Assembly (NCBI GenBank): GCA_965213625.1
Contig: CBDBZU010000004.1
Location: 1,088,001 to 1,152,000, forward strand
DNA from: a bacterium
GTDB taxonomy: Bacteria; UBA8248
Reading direction: 5' to 3'
DNA: 64,000 bases
Within the stretch, counting starts at the first letter, position 1. Every line of letters starts with the position of its first letter. Both the position numbers and the translations under genes were made by a program. Of the stretch, positions 29,113 through 39,376 are shown piece by piece. The notes beneath the pieces were generated by a model. The model was not told where the DNA came from and searched no databases. It saw nothing but the letters and a program-made list of their open reading frames with translations.

Positions 29113-30563
29113 GATCCCTCCCCCCCCATAAAACAAAGTTGATTTACTGCGCCCCCTTTTTGAGCGAAACCTAATGCTTCAAGAGATGACTTGATTAGAT
29201 TTTTTGAATTTTGAGCAGTTTCAGGGAAACAGGCGGCACCTATTGAAATTGTGATTTCGAACTCTTTTCCACTGAGATAGCAGGGGGTGTGATTAACCAC
29301 ATGAATGATTCGTTCTGCTACGGCTTCAGCATATTCTTGGGAGGAGTCCTGCAATAACAACAGAAATCGTGGTCCCTCATGCCTCACCAAGATGTCATTT
29401 CCCGTCGCGAATTGTTTAAGTGAATTTGAAAGCTGGAGAATGACTTCTTCCTCAGATGTATCCTTAATTTCAGATGAATCGTCGGGAGCGATACTGAGCA
29501 ACGCAAGTTGGCGCCCCTTCATTTCCGCGTCGCAGATAATTTCATGAAGGCGAGAATGTAGATATTGCACATTCTGCTCACCGGTGAGAGGATCGATCTC
29601 TAAGCGTGCTTGCCAGCGTGATTCGTTTTTCCGATTTGCGATTGCATCCGCCACAAGAGCCGCAATGATTTCTCCGCGTTGGATTGAAGAAGCATCAAAT
29701 TGCGCTCGGCGTTTGCTTGTGAACCCTAGGCAACCGAGGGTTTCACCTCTTGAGATTAGCGGAAGACACACGGCGGAACGCGCTTCAAGCTGAGGCTCGT
29801 CATGATGGAAGAGAGGCCTGGTTCCTTTTTTCCCTTTCAGGTCCGGGAGTCTTAAGCTTTCTTTTTTGCTTAAGACGTATCCCGCCAGACTTGCGCGTTC
29901 ACTGATGGCAACTTCACCCAGGAATAGTTCTCCAAACCCGGAGGTTCGGACAAGGCGGGGGAGGCCTACTTCCTCGTCGATGAGGACGAGGAAGCAGGCG
30001 TCGAAGGGAAGCAACTCGCGTGGTACCTGGCATACCGCATTCAACAATTGACCCTCGTTCTCGCTTACGCGAAGCGAATTCAGGTATTTGCTGAAGGCGA
30101 GAATGTTCATGGAGCGTCGCTCCAGTTGAACGGTCGTCAGGGCACCGTCTGCAAGATAGGCGAATTGCTGGGCGAACCCCGCGAGAATTTTCTGGTCTCT
30201 GGACGTGAAACACCAGCTTTTTTTACTGTCGATGGCGAGCGCCCCTTTGTTGATGGAAGAAGGCAGGGGAGTCGCCATGAAGGACTTGATATCCTCGTTT
30301 CTGCTGTAATAGCCGAGAACGAGGGTGTCTTTGTCGAACTGATTGACGCTTAACGGCTCGTTATTCTCCAATACCCAGCCCATGAAACCCTGCCCCATAT
30401 CGACCGAGGCATCAGCGAGAATATACGGGCTCAAGCTGTGGTACGTGGTGAGCTGATACGTCTTACGGCGTTTGTTTTCAAGGAATAAGCAGGCGGAGTA
30501 GGCTTCCGTTACGTTGCTGACGAGCGTGATGAGGGAGAATAAATCTCTTTCCAGATTCGTCAT
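29109..30563 (-). CDS. tandem GAF domains plus degenerate GGDEF domain protein
   Basis: Two GAF-like regions (GFMGWV, SLAGYV), DPLTG, RHEGPRF in place of RYGGDEF, and TISIG; ATGA overlap with mreB. Confidence 0.8.
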   Translation of the reverse strand: MTNLERDLFSLITLVSNVTEAYSACLFLENKRRKTYQLTTYHSLSPYILADASVDMGQGFMGWVLENNEPLSVNQFDKDTLVLGYYSRNEDIKSFMATPLPSSINKGALAIDSKKSWCFTSRDQKILAGFAQQFAYLADGALTTVQLERRSMNILAFSKYLNSLRVSENEGQLLNAVCQVPRELLPFDACFLVLIDEEVGLPRLVRTSGFGELFLGEVAISERASLAGYVLSKKESLRLPDLKGKKGTRPLFHHDEPQLEARSAVCLPLISRGETLGCLGFTSKRRAQFDASSIQRGEIIAALVADAIANRKNESRWQARLEIDPLTGEQNVQYLHSRLHEIICDAEMKGRQLALLSIAPDDSSEIKDTSEEEVILQLSNSLKQFATGNDILVRHEGPRFLLLLQDSSQEYAEAVAERIIHVVNHTPCYLSGKEFEITISIGAACFPETAQNSKNLIKSSLEALGFAQKGGAVNQLCFMGGEGS

Positions 30564-30736
30564 TTCAAGCACCCATCGGGACGGATTGGAACGCTGCCGA
30601 ATATACCAAGCGCACGGAATATATTTCAAGTAATATTTTCACTAACTGCTATAACATATTGAATTTACTTTATTTATAAATAATATAAATTTTCTTGTTT
30701 TCGCCATGCTTAAAGCGATTCTTGCAGATATAATGA

Positions 30737-30749
30737 TAACTTATTGATA
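30737..30749. promoter_or_regulatory. IHF-consensus-like site in AT-rich upstream region
   Basis: TAACTTATTGATA is the reverse complement of WATCAANNNNTTR. Confidence 0.35.
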
Positions 30750-31030
30750 TTGCATATGTTATGAGAATATAAATTTATTTTTCGGTGGATTTTTCTGGGG
30801 AGAGAATCACAGCGTCCATATATTGTGCGATATTTTTTTATTTCAGACTACATATTGTGGAATTTTCAGGCGCCCGGGACGAACGCCCTTCGGGATTCCC
30901 CCCCCCCCGCAGTTCCCCGCATTTGCCGCTGCGCGCATTCCCGGGGAGCCGTGCTATCCTCGCGATGTTTCTTCGGCGGGAGATTTATGCCCGCACGAAT
31001 CCCCGCAATTCCCCGCAACTGCCCGCGGAA

Positions 31031-31094
31031 ATTTACGGAAATACCCCGTCAATTTATCGAATTTTATCTGAATTTATCGATATTTACAGAAATT
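31031..31094 (-). repeat. right inverted repeat with 3x GATAAA(T/A)T units
   Basis: Reverse complement aligns with 17800-17852 apart from one extra 10-bp unit. Confidence 0.75.
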
Positions 31095-31123
31095 CAAGGG
31101 GCGGGGGAGCGCCGGTTCCCCGC

Positions 31124-31477
31124 CTAGTGCTCATACGCCTGGGTGGCGCTCACGGGAATCATGCAGACGAACTCCATGGTCTCGTCCGAATCATTGTGGA
31201 AGGTGTGGTTCTCGCCCGGCGCCACGAATATGGCAGAGCCCGGCGCGATGGCCTGCGTCTCGCCCTCGACGATCACCCGCCCCTCGCCCTTCAGCATGAA
31301 CACCTGGTGCTCCCAGGAGTGTGCGTGGTCCGGCGTCTGCCCGCCCGCTTCAATCTCGATGACCCGCATCGCCATATCGGTCTCGCCGTCGCGCTCGCTG
31401 AGCAGCCAGCGGATGCCCGCGCCCTTGGCCGCCTTCTCCGATTTGAGTTCCGCATCCTTGTAGTTCATCACCTTCAT
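31124..31477 (-). CDS. cupin domain protein
   Basis: TPDHAHSWEH...PGENH. Confidence 0.88.
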   Translation of the reverse strand: MKVMNYKDAELKSEKAAKGAGIRWLLSERDGETDMAMRVIEIEAGGQTPDHAHSWEHQVFMLKGEGRVIVEGETQAIAPGSAIFVAPGENHTFHNDSDETMEFVCMIPVSATQAYEH

Positions 31478-31669
31478 GGCGTCACGCCTCCCCTGGTTTG
31501 ATTCAGCTGCATGCCTTATGAACCGGACTCGCGAATCATACCATATCCGAGCCTGAGCGTGTCAAAACGACTCCCCCTTTGAGATAAATCACGACCGATG
31601 AGGGAGTGATTGACGCGATCAATGAGGGAGGGTTGGCGGCGAGGAGGAATGGGAAGGCTGTTTTCCCGC

Positions 31670-33050
31670 GTCCCCTTCGACAGGCTCAGGGCAGGCTCTT
31701 GATACGGCGCGCAAGTGCGCCTACTCGGGATGAGGAGGAGGATTGCCGGGAGGGGAGGTGTGTGATTCTCTTCTCTCTCGTCGATTGGCAACGCCGTTCA
31801 GGGGCGAAGCCCGCAGCCGCGCCGGTGGGGGGTGAAACACGAATGATGAATGAGTGTTTGACTTGGGCGAAGAAAAAGGGATTGCCGGAATCCGGTTTCT
31901 TTCATGTCCGCGTTCGTTGGATTTGCGTAGGGACAACCCCCCGTGGTTGTCCGGCCTTCTCCGCCCACGGGTTTTTTACGCCGTCATTCCGGCGCACGCC
32001 GGAATCCATTTTGACTTTGCCTTTTCGTCTCTTTCACGTCCTCACCCCGCACGGCGTTTTGTTCGTAATGCTGGTGTCTGTAGCGGATAGGCCTCAGAGC
32101 CTGTCCGAGGCCTCCGCGCCTGTCTGAAGTCGCTCGTCCTCTTCAATGGCGATTTCCACCGCGCGCTTGGCACATTCGGGAAGGTGTTTGGATTTTTTGC
32201 GCAGGTCGAAGGATTCGGTGACCTTTTCCTGATTCTGTTTGGATTTCTTCGGGGAAGATGGGGAGGTTATGTGCCTTCATGGTGTTTGTTCGATTTTCCC
32301 GTAGGGGCGTCGGTATCCCCGAGGAGGGGAATACCGAGAGTGTCCGCCCTTTCGCATTCCATTGATACGGGATTTTCCGTGGTGGGCGCATACTTGCGCC
32401 CGCAGATGGGGATTTTTTTCTTGCCCCCCTGACAAGGGGGGTAGGGGGTCAAACGCGAGCGAAGAGCGAGTGTTTGCAGCTTTTCCAGTCGAGAGATGCG
32501 CCCGGCTCTACCCCCTGAAAACGAGCTTTTTTCAACAACCCCGTGAAGAGGAATACCGAACGAGCCGCCCGGCCGCAAGGTGACGATCTTGTAGGGGTGT
32601 TGAATTGCGTAGGGGCGGACCCCCGTGTCCACCCTTTCGTGTTCCATCGATTCGGGATTTACCCGGAAGGCCCGCAAATGGGGCTGTTGAAAAAACCCCG
32701 ACAAGCGATTTTGGGTTGCACGAACGTTTTAGAAGTTCACTCCCCCCTTGAAGGTCGGTCTCCCTCGGGGAAGACCGACGATGAAGCCGAGCGGTATTTG
32801 CGAAGACTGAATCGGTGGGGGGTAAAATGTGTTTTATTGCCATTCCGAATCATACCCCCCACCAGTTCACTTTCGGGCTTACGCCCTCAGCTCAATGACT
32901 CCCCCTCAAGGGGGGAGTGAATTGCTCTCTCGTTGGAAGAGTCAATCTTCGTTCATCAAGGACTTTTTCAACAGCCCCGACAAGGGGGGTTGGGGGGTTG
33001 GTTTTCCTGAGGAGGTGAAGACCGAACGAGCCGCCCTGTCGTTTCGCCTG
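31670..33050. repeat. non-coding hotspot of nested palindromic repeats
   Basis: GTCATTCCGGC..GGAATCC (31983), several GTAG REPs, CCCCCTGACAAGGGGGG hairpins, IS1182-type ends at 32527, 32680 and 32963, and MITE copy B at 32738-32919. Confidence 0.8.
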
Positions 33051-33169
33051 CACGTCTCAGGTTTGACGGAATCTTCCCTCGCTTCATACTATCGCGGATG
33101 TTCGTCGCCCGTCCTTGAGCCGCCCGTTTACAGTTTGAACCCGATAGAAGGAGCGAGCCGTTGGCTATC

Positions 33170-33751
33170 ATGAATTACCTTAATGAATTTTCTCCATTGA
33201 TTTCGGTAATCGCGACATTAGGACTGATCGGAGTTACCGGAGGGTTATGGTATGCGACCGCGAAGATGGCCCGTTCATCAAACGACCTTGTGAAGGAGAG
33301 TAAAATTCTTCGGGAAGGTAACAAGAAACCCCTTGTTGAGGCGAAGCTCAGGGCATATCCGGATCAGGGAGAATTTATCGAACTCGTACTCAGTAATTTA
33401 GGTCCGGGAGTTGCGTTAAATGTGAAGTTCCGGTTAGAAGGCGACGAGGAAGATTTCAAACGTCACGAAATGCTCGATGTTAAGGGAAATGCAAGTCCCA
33501 TCAATTTCATGTCATCGGGCGAGTTCGAAACTTACCCATTAGGCGCGTGTAGAACCCTCGCTCAAGAGCCTCCCATGAAACCCTTTTTAGTTGTTATTGA
33601 ATATGAGGACATAGAACGCAAATCTTATATAAAGGACGTCACATTGGACGTGTCGCAATTCGATGGGGTCGAGTGGCACGTTAGTTCCGTGGCTTGGCGG
33701 CAAATGAGCGCGCTAGAACAAATTGAAAAACATTTTGCGAGAATGGAGTAA
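33170..33751 (+). CDS. hypothetical protein with N-terminal TM helix
   Basis: AT-richer ORF, hydrophobic N-terminus followed by a beta-rich domain. Confidence 0.7.
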   Translation: MNYLNEFSPLISVIATLGLIGVTGGLWYATAKMARSSNDLVKESKILREGNKKPLVEAKLRAYPDQGEFIELVLSNLGPGVALNVKFRLEGDEEDFKRHEMLDVKGNASPINFMSSGEFETYPLGACRTLAQEPPMKPFLVVIEYEDIERKSYIKDVTLDVSQFDGVEWHVSSVAWRQMSALEQIEKHFARME

Positions 33752-33834
33752 GTAATAATCGAGTATTCGGGGAAAATTTGTGATTCGAAAAACCGACAAC
33801 ATCTCGGCCTTACAACTGCTCCTCACGCTCAGTC

Positions 33835-36702
33835 TTAATAAGGCTTCGTGCTCTTCCCGCCATGAACGCTCGGTTCGGCGCACCACTGGCGACGTATAAC
33901 ATCGAACTCATCCGCGATATCCTTTGGAACACCGAGTAACTCCACGAGCAGGGCCTCGTCGAGAGCCTGCCGGGCGGGGTCGTGGTAGCTCTCGTTGGCG
34001 GGCAAAAATTCCACACAGCGGAATCGTTCGAACAACATTTCAGCTTTATGGAGAGTCGGTTCGTCGAATTCTCGCGGGTCAATTATCAGAAATGACGGCA
34101 GTGTGGTGATCGTCATTATCGTTCGCCCAAGCTGTTGTCTGGTTCCTTCCCACCAATAACTCATCAGACCAAGCGTCGAGTTCAGCCACAGCATTACGGG
34201 GATTTCGTGCGCAGCATCCTCCAGGACGAAGTTCGGCCATGCCCTGCCGCCCAAGGTTTTTTCCGGAGTCAGACAGGCCGCCAGACTTTGCGAATTCAAC
34301 TGGAAATCAAGTGTAAGATGAAGACGAGACGCAAAGCGATTCCAAGCATCTGCTGCTTGGGATTGTCGATCTTCCCGTACAACCAACTCACAATCCTCAT
34401 GCACGACGAAAGAGCGCTCACGCTCTGCGGCATGGCTCCAAAGCGCGGGGTAGGTTGGAACTTGCCCGGGACGTAAAGGAACTTTATCAAATGCCCCGCG
34501 TGGAGGCGCGCCTGTAAGGTCTCGATGCAGTAGTCCTCGGCTTCCTAACTCATCAAATGCAATGATAGGTAAACTCACTTGCGTTTTTGTCCGTGGGGCC
34601 ACAATAGATCCACTCACTAGCAACAACATGAACTCGGCAAGTGCAGGTTCCACAATACCCACGCAGCCATGGCTGAATCGCTCGTGGTTGACGTAACTAC
34701 CGTTGCTATCCTCATTTCCAATTGCTATGCGTCCGGCGCTTGGTCGGCGTTCTGTCTCGGCTACGAATTTTGCCAACTCGACTGCCTCGACGTGATGCGC
34801 CGGACGACGCCTGAGATTCACGAACTGAAATGTAGGGTTACGGTTCTTATTTTTCTTCTTAGTAGCGATAACCAACACTTCCGCCATCCCGGTATCAGCG
34901 GAAAATGCCCGGTTGGTCGCTCCATCGTTGGTGATGGCGGCGATAGTTATATCTTCGTAACGAGCGGCCAGCAGGTTACGCGCATTGCTCCAGGATTTTC
35001 CCTGAGCGAAAGTCGCAGGCAAGACCAAAGCGATAATGCCTCCCGGCTATAGCTTGACGTGCGCCAGATCGATGAAATTCGACGCCAGTCCGGCGTTGCC
35101 GTGCCCGAATGGTTCCGAAAGGCTTCTACGAATTTGCACCAGCCGGGAACTCATGGCTTGCTGCTCATCTTCGGAAGTGCTGAAACCAGCAAAGGAGGGA
35201 ACCGGAACTTCCGCCGTTTCGTGGTTGGTCGGACGCGTGAAAGGTGGATTCATAATCACAATATCGAACAACTCATGCGAAACGCCTAGAGTCTCATCCG
35301 TTTTCCTATTCTTGCTACCTGTGATCCTCTTTTCGCCCAAACTAAGGAGAGGAGTTATAGAAACCTGATCGATGAGTTCCAGTGAACCAATATGAGGATG
35401 TTTATTCTCATCGTAGCCATAGGGCATCGTAACGATTCTGGTGGTCCCAAAGACGATTCCGGGGTGCGCGTTCGACAAGGTGGACGCCGCCAGATGCGTG
35501 GCGGCGGGCATGATGTCGAAAGCGTAAAGAGATTCTTCAATCATGGCGGAATGAATCTCGGCATCGTCGCTTCCCGTTCGGCGGTGGCGGGTCAAAATGG
35601 CGTGATATAGTGCGCCTATGAGGGTTCCGGTTCCACAGGCAAGATCGGCAACCCTCAAATCTTTCACAACATCTGCATTTTCCCAGTCGATTTGCAGTCG
35701 GGAGACGGCAAGCTCGGCGAGCAAGGTGGCGGAAACCGGTAGCGTGTAGAAGGTGGCGAGGAATTTCCTGTCGGCAATAAGCTTCTGGAACATGCGCCCC
35801 GAAAGATCGTTCAGACTCGTAGCGCCCATATTCGCTAGCTTGGACGCCGTCCTGTAAAGAAGGTTCAATACCTCATTCGCTTGAGCAGTGGGCATGTTAC
35901 TTAGTAAATCCGACGCAATCTTGAAGATCGGCCAGTAGTTGACATTTTCGATGATCCACTTCCAGCAGCGAACCACTTCCGTATTGACGAATCCCGTCGA
36001 ACCTTCTAGTTCGCCAACAAGAGTGATCCCTTGTTGACCCTCGATGCGGGTATGAAAAACGGCGGCGTTGGCGATGATGGCGACCGCCATGCGGTTGGTC
36101 TGCTCACCCGAAGATTGGTGCAAAAGTTCGGCGATTTTTTCCTGTACGCTTTCATCCGTTTCCTTCAAAATGTTAGCAGCCTGGGTAACTCCTTCTTCCA
36201 GAATGGCAGTGGTTCTTGAAATGAGAGATTCGGACAGGCTCACCGACTCTAGGCAATTCGCCAAGTTGTCAATGTTGCCCTTGAGCCAGCCTGTCTCAGG
36301 CCACCTTTGCATGTCCCCGTCTTTTGTTTCGGAAAGAATGCAATATGTGAAGGATACTTGCCTGATAGCATCTTCGATTCTGCTCTGTTCAATAGTCCGC
36401 AGTTCGTTTGGAATGCGAAGCGCGATGACGTTCTCTATCATTCTGCCATCGCTTGCCAATCTCTTGCCTATGCGGGATATGGCATCATCCTCGACCGAGG
36501 CGGCAGGCATGAACTCCGATTCAAGTGCCACCGGAGAGGTTCCCTGAAGCGAGAGAATGAAATCGGGCTGCTTGCCCGCCGAGCCTTGCAGGACGTGGGT
36601 TTGCTCGACGCCGATGGCGTCCACCCAAAGCGGATGCTTCCCGCGCAGCACGTCTCCCAAAACGGAATTGAAAACCTGCTCCGTCGTAGACGCCCTTTCC
36701 AT
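33835..36702 (-). pseudogene. type IIG-like restriction-modification enzyme / N6-methyltransferase with in-frame TAG at 35047-35049
   Basis: N-terminal PD..E motif, DLACGTG motif I and NPPF motif IV. The two ORFs share a frame: HVKL*PGGIIALVLP. Confidence 0.8.
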
Positions 36703-37006
36703 TCAAGCGAACTCCTTCAATTGCCTAATAACACAAAACCTCTCCAAATTCCCTAACTATGTCTTGTAGTGGAAATGCTATACGAGAAAATACCCCCTCG
36801 TTCACCCCCCGGCAAGATAATTCACGACCAATCCGCCATGCCGACTGAGCAGCGCGCCCGTCCACTGTTCTTTTGCGCCGTCATTCCGGTGTCGATATCG
36901 ACCGAGTAGGGAAGGATAGACCGAATCCATAGTCTTTTCTTTATGTCCGAATTATGATTTCGCGTAGAAGTGTCGTTCTTCCCATCCTCGGGGAAGAACT
37001 CCCCCC

Positions 37007-37903
37007 CTACCTTCTCAGCTTCGGGTCGAGCGCATCGCGCAGCCCGTCGCCCAGCAGGTTGAAGGAGAGCACCACCGCCATGAGGGCGAAGCCGGGTATG
37101 GCGAGCAGGTGCGGCGCCAGGGCCATGTAGGAGCGGGCGTCGGCGAGCATGGTCCCCCATTCGGGCGTGGGCGGGGGCACGCCGATGCCCAGGAAGCTCA
37201 GGCCCGCCGCCACGCGGATGGAAGTCGCGATGAGGAAGGTGGACTGCACGACGACGGGGCCGAGCGTCCCCGGAAAGATGTGCAGGAACAACACGCGGCG
37301 GCTCGAGCCGCCAATCGCCTGGGCCGCTTCCACGAATTCGGTTTCCTTTAAGACGAGGACCGAACTGCGGACCAGCCGGGCGTAGGTCGGGATGGCGAAA
37401 ATGCCCACCGCCAGCATGATGTTCTCCATCCCCGTGCCGATGATGGCGATGAGCAGAATGGAGAGCAGGATGCGCGGGAAGGTGAGCGAGACGTCCACGA
37501 TCCGCATGATGAGGTTGTCGAGCCATCCCCCCATGTATCCGCCGACAAGCCCCAGCAGCACGCCACCGAACGCCGCGATGAGCACGGAGAAAACCCCGAT
37601 CAGGAGCGAGGTGCGCGCGCCGTAAATGATGCGGCTGAACACGTCACGCCCGAAATGGTCCGTCCCGAAGGGATGCTCGAGGGAGGGTTTTTTCAACGCC
37701 GCCTGGAAGTCCGCTTTGATGGGGTCGTAAGGGGCAACGACGGGCGCCAGCAGTGAGACAGCGACGAACAGAAAGACAAAAACGCAGCCCGCCACGGCGA
37801 CGCGGTGCCGGAGGAGACGGCGCAGAGTATCCTCCCACATGCCGCGAATCGGCGCGCTTTCCAGTTCCTGCATACCGGTTGCGACTTCGGTGGCCTGGCT
37901 CAT
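37007..37903 (-). CDS. peptide/nickel ABC transporter permease (DppC/OppC-like)
   Basis: HPFGTDHFGRD, EFVEAAQAIG and LLGDGLRDALDP. Confidence 0.92.
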   Translation of the reverse strand: MSQATEVATGMQELESAPIRGMWEDTLRRLLRHRVAVAGCVFVFLFVAVSLLAPVVAPYDPIKADFQAALKKPSLEHPFGTDHFGRDVFSRIIYGARTSLLIGVFSVLIAAFGGVLLGLVGGYMGGWLDNLIMRIVDVSLTFPRILLSILLIAIIGTGMENIMLAVGIFAIPTYARLVRSSVLVLKETEFVEAAQAIGGSSRRVLFLHIFPGTLGPVVVQSTFLIATSIRVAAGLSFLGIGVPPPTPEWGTMLADARSYMALAPHLLAIPGFALMAVVLSFNLLGDGLRDALDPKLRR

Positions 37904-38832
37904 TCTCCCGACCCCCCGTAGCGGACGCGCGGGTTGAAGATCGCGTAGAGGAGGTCCACCGTCAGGTTCACCACGGCGAACGTGAGCGCGAAGAAGAGCA
38001 GCGAACCCTGCACCGCGGCGTAATCGCGCAGCTTGATAGCCTCGACGATGTAGCGGCCCAGGCCCGGCCATGCGAACACCGATTCGGTGATGACCGACCC
38101 GCCCAGCAGGTATCCCGACTGGAGGCCGATTACGGTGATGACGGGCAGCATGGCGTTTTTAAGCGCGTGGACGTAATGGACCTTGCCGCTCGCCAGGCCC
38201 TTCGAGCGCGCCGTGGTGATGTATTCGCTGCCGGTGATTTCGAGCATGGTGTTGCGCGTCATGCGCGCAATGAGGCCGGCCCCCGTCAGGCCGAGCGTGA
38301 CCACCGGCATGATCAGGTGCGCCCACGTACCCCTTCCTCCCGCCGGCAGCCACCCGAGGTATACGGAAAAAAACGCCATCAGAAGAAGGCCGAACCAGAA
38401 TGAAGGCATAGATATCCCCAGGAGCGCGCCCGCCATGCTGCCGTAGTCGAACTTGGAATAAGGGTTCGTCGCCGAGATCACCCCGGCCAGCAGGCCCACA
38501 ATGGTGGCGAGGAGCACCGCCCAGAAAGCGAGTTGAAGCGTGTTCAGGAAGCGGGACCAGACTTCGCCCAGCACGGGCCTGTCAGAGAGGATCGAGCGGC
38601 CCAGGTCACCTTGTAAGGCGCGCTTCATGAACATGCCGTACTGGACGTGGAGGGGCTGGTCCAGCCCGTATATCCGGCGTATTTCCGCTATGTATTCCTC
38701 ATCCGCGAATTCACCGGCCAGGGCTTCGGCCGGGTCTCCCGGAACGAGGCGGATGGAGAGGAAGATGACGAGCGAGACGCCGATGAGAACGGGGATGAGC
38801 AGGACCACTCTCCTCGCGATGTATTCGACCAT
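37900..38832 (-). CDS. peptide/nickel ABC transporter permease (DppB/OppB-like)
   Basis: PGDPA, GDLGRS, YITTARSKG and ESVFAWPGLG. Confidence 0.92.
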   Translation of the reverse strand: MVEYIARRVVLLIPVLIGVSLVIFLSIRLVPGDPAEALAGEFADEEYIAEIRRIYGLDQPLHVQYGMFMKRALQGDLGRSILSDRPVLGEVWSRFLNTLQLAFWAVLLATIVGLLAGVISATNPYSKFDYGSMAGALLGISMPSFWFGLLLMAFFSVYLGWLPAGGRGTWAHLIMPVVTLGLTGAGLIARMTRNTMLEITGSEYITTARSKGLASGKVHYVHALKNAMLPVITVIGLQSGYLLGGSVITESVFAWPGLGRYIVEAIKLRDYAAVQGSLLFFALTFAVVNLTVDLLYAIFNPRVRYGGSGE

Positions 38833-38942
38833 GAACGCGCCTTCCCGCCCGCAAGAGAACCAAATCACTTTGAAAGAGGGTTCGATGCTATCACAACCGG
38901 ACCGAATGCACGATCCGATCAGCCTTGTTCGGATCCTCCTCA

Positions 38943-39195
38943 CCTCATCCTGAGTAGCGGTGAAGCCGCGTATCGAAGGTCATTTCGACTCATGAAGGAG
39001 GTATTTGCATTCGCGCTCGCCGGGAGGATGGTCTCCCCCGTCCCTCGATACGGCCCTTCGGGCCCACTCGGGATGAGGGCGGTGTTGTCGGGGGTTCTAT
39101 CTCGTAGGGACAGGCCTCCGTGGTTGTCCTGCCCTCTGTGGTTGTCCTTTGCAGGATGGTTGCCATAAGGACAGGCACGGAGGCCTGTCCCTACG
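38943..39195. repeat. repeat cluster (CCTCATCCTGAG element plus REP pair)
   Basis: CCTCATCC...GGATGAGG inverted ends, then GTAGGGACAGGCCTCCGTG...CACGGAGGCCTGTCCCTAC. Confidence 0.8.
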
Positions 39196-39376
39196 AATTA
39201 CCCCTTGCAGAACGCCAACCAACCACTCCCCCCTTGAGGGGGAGTCGAAGAGCTAAGGGCGAAAGCCCGCAAGCGATTCGGTGGGGGGTATGATTCGGAG
39301 TGGCGATAAAACGCGATTCACCCCCCACCGAATCAGCCTTCGCAAAAAACGCTCGGCTTCTGCGACTCCCCCTCAA

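Noticed and set aside
29109-29600. Active diguanylate cyclase
   Set aside because: The GG(D/E)EF signature is replaced by HEGPRF.
31550-33150. CRISPR array or protein-coding genes in the repeat hotspot
   Set aside because: The repeats are heterogeneous palindromes without regular spacing, there are no cas genes, and the ORFs are translations of the repeats.
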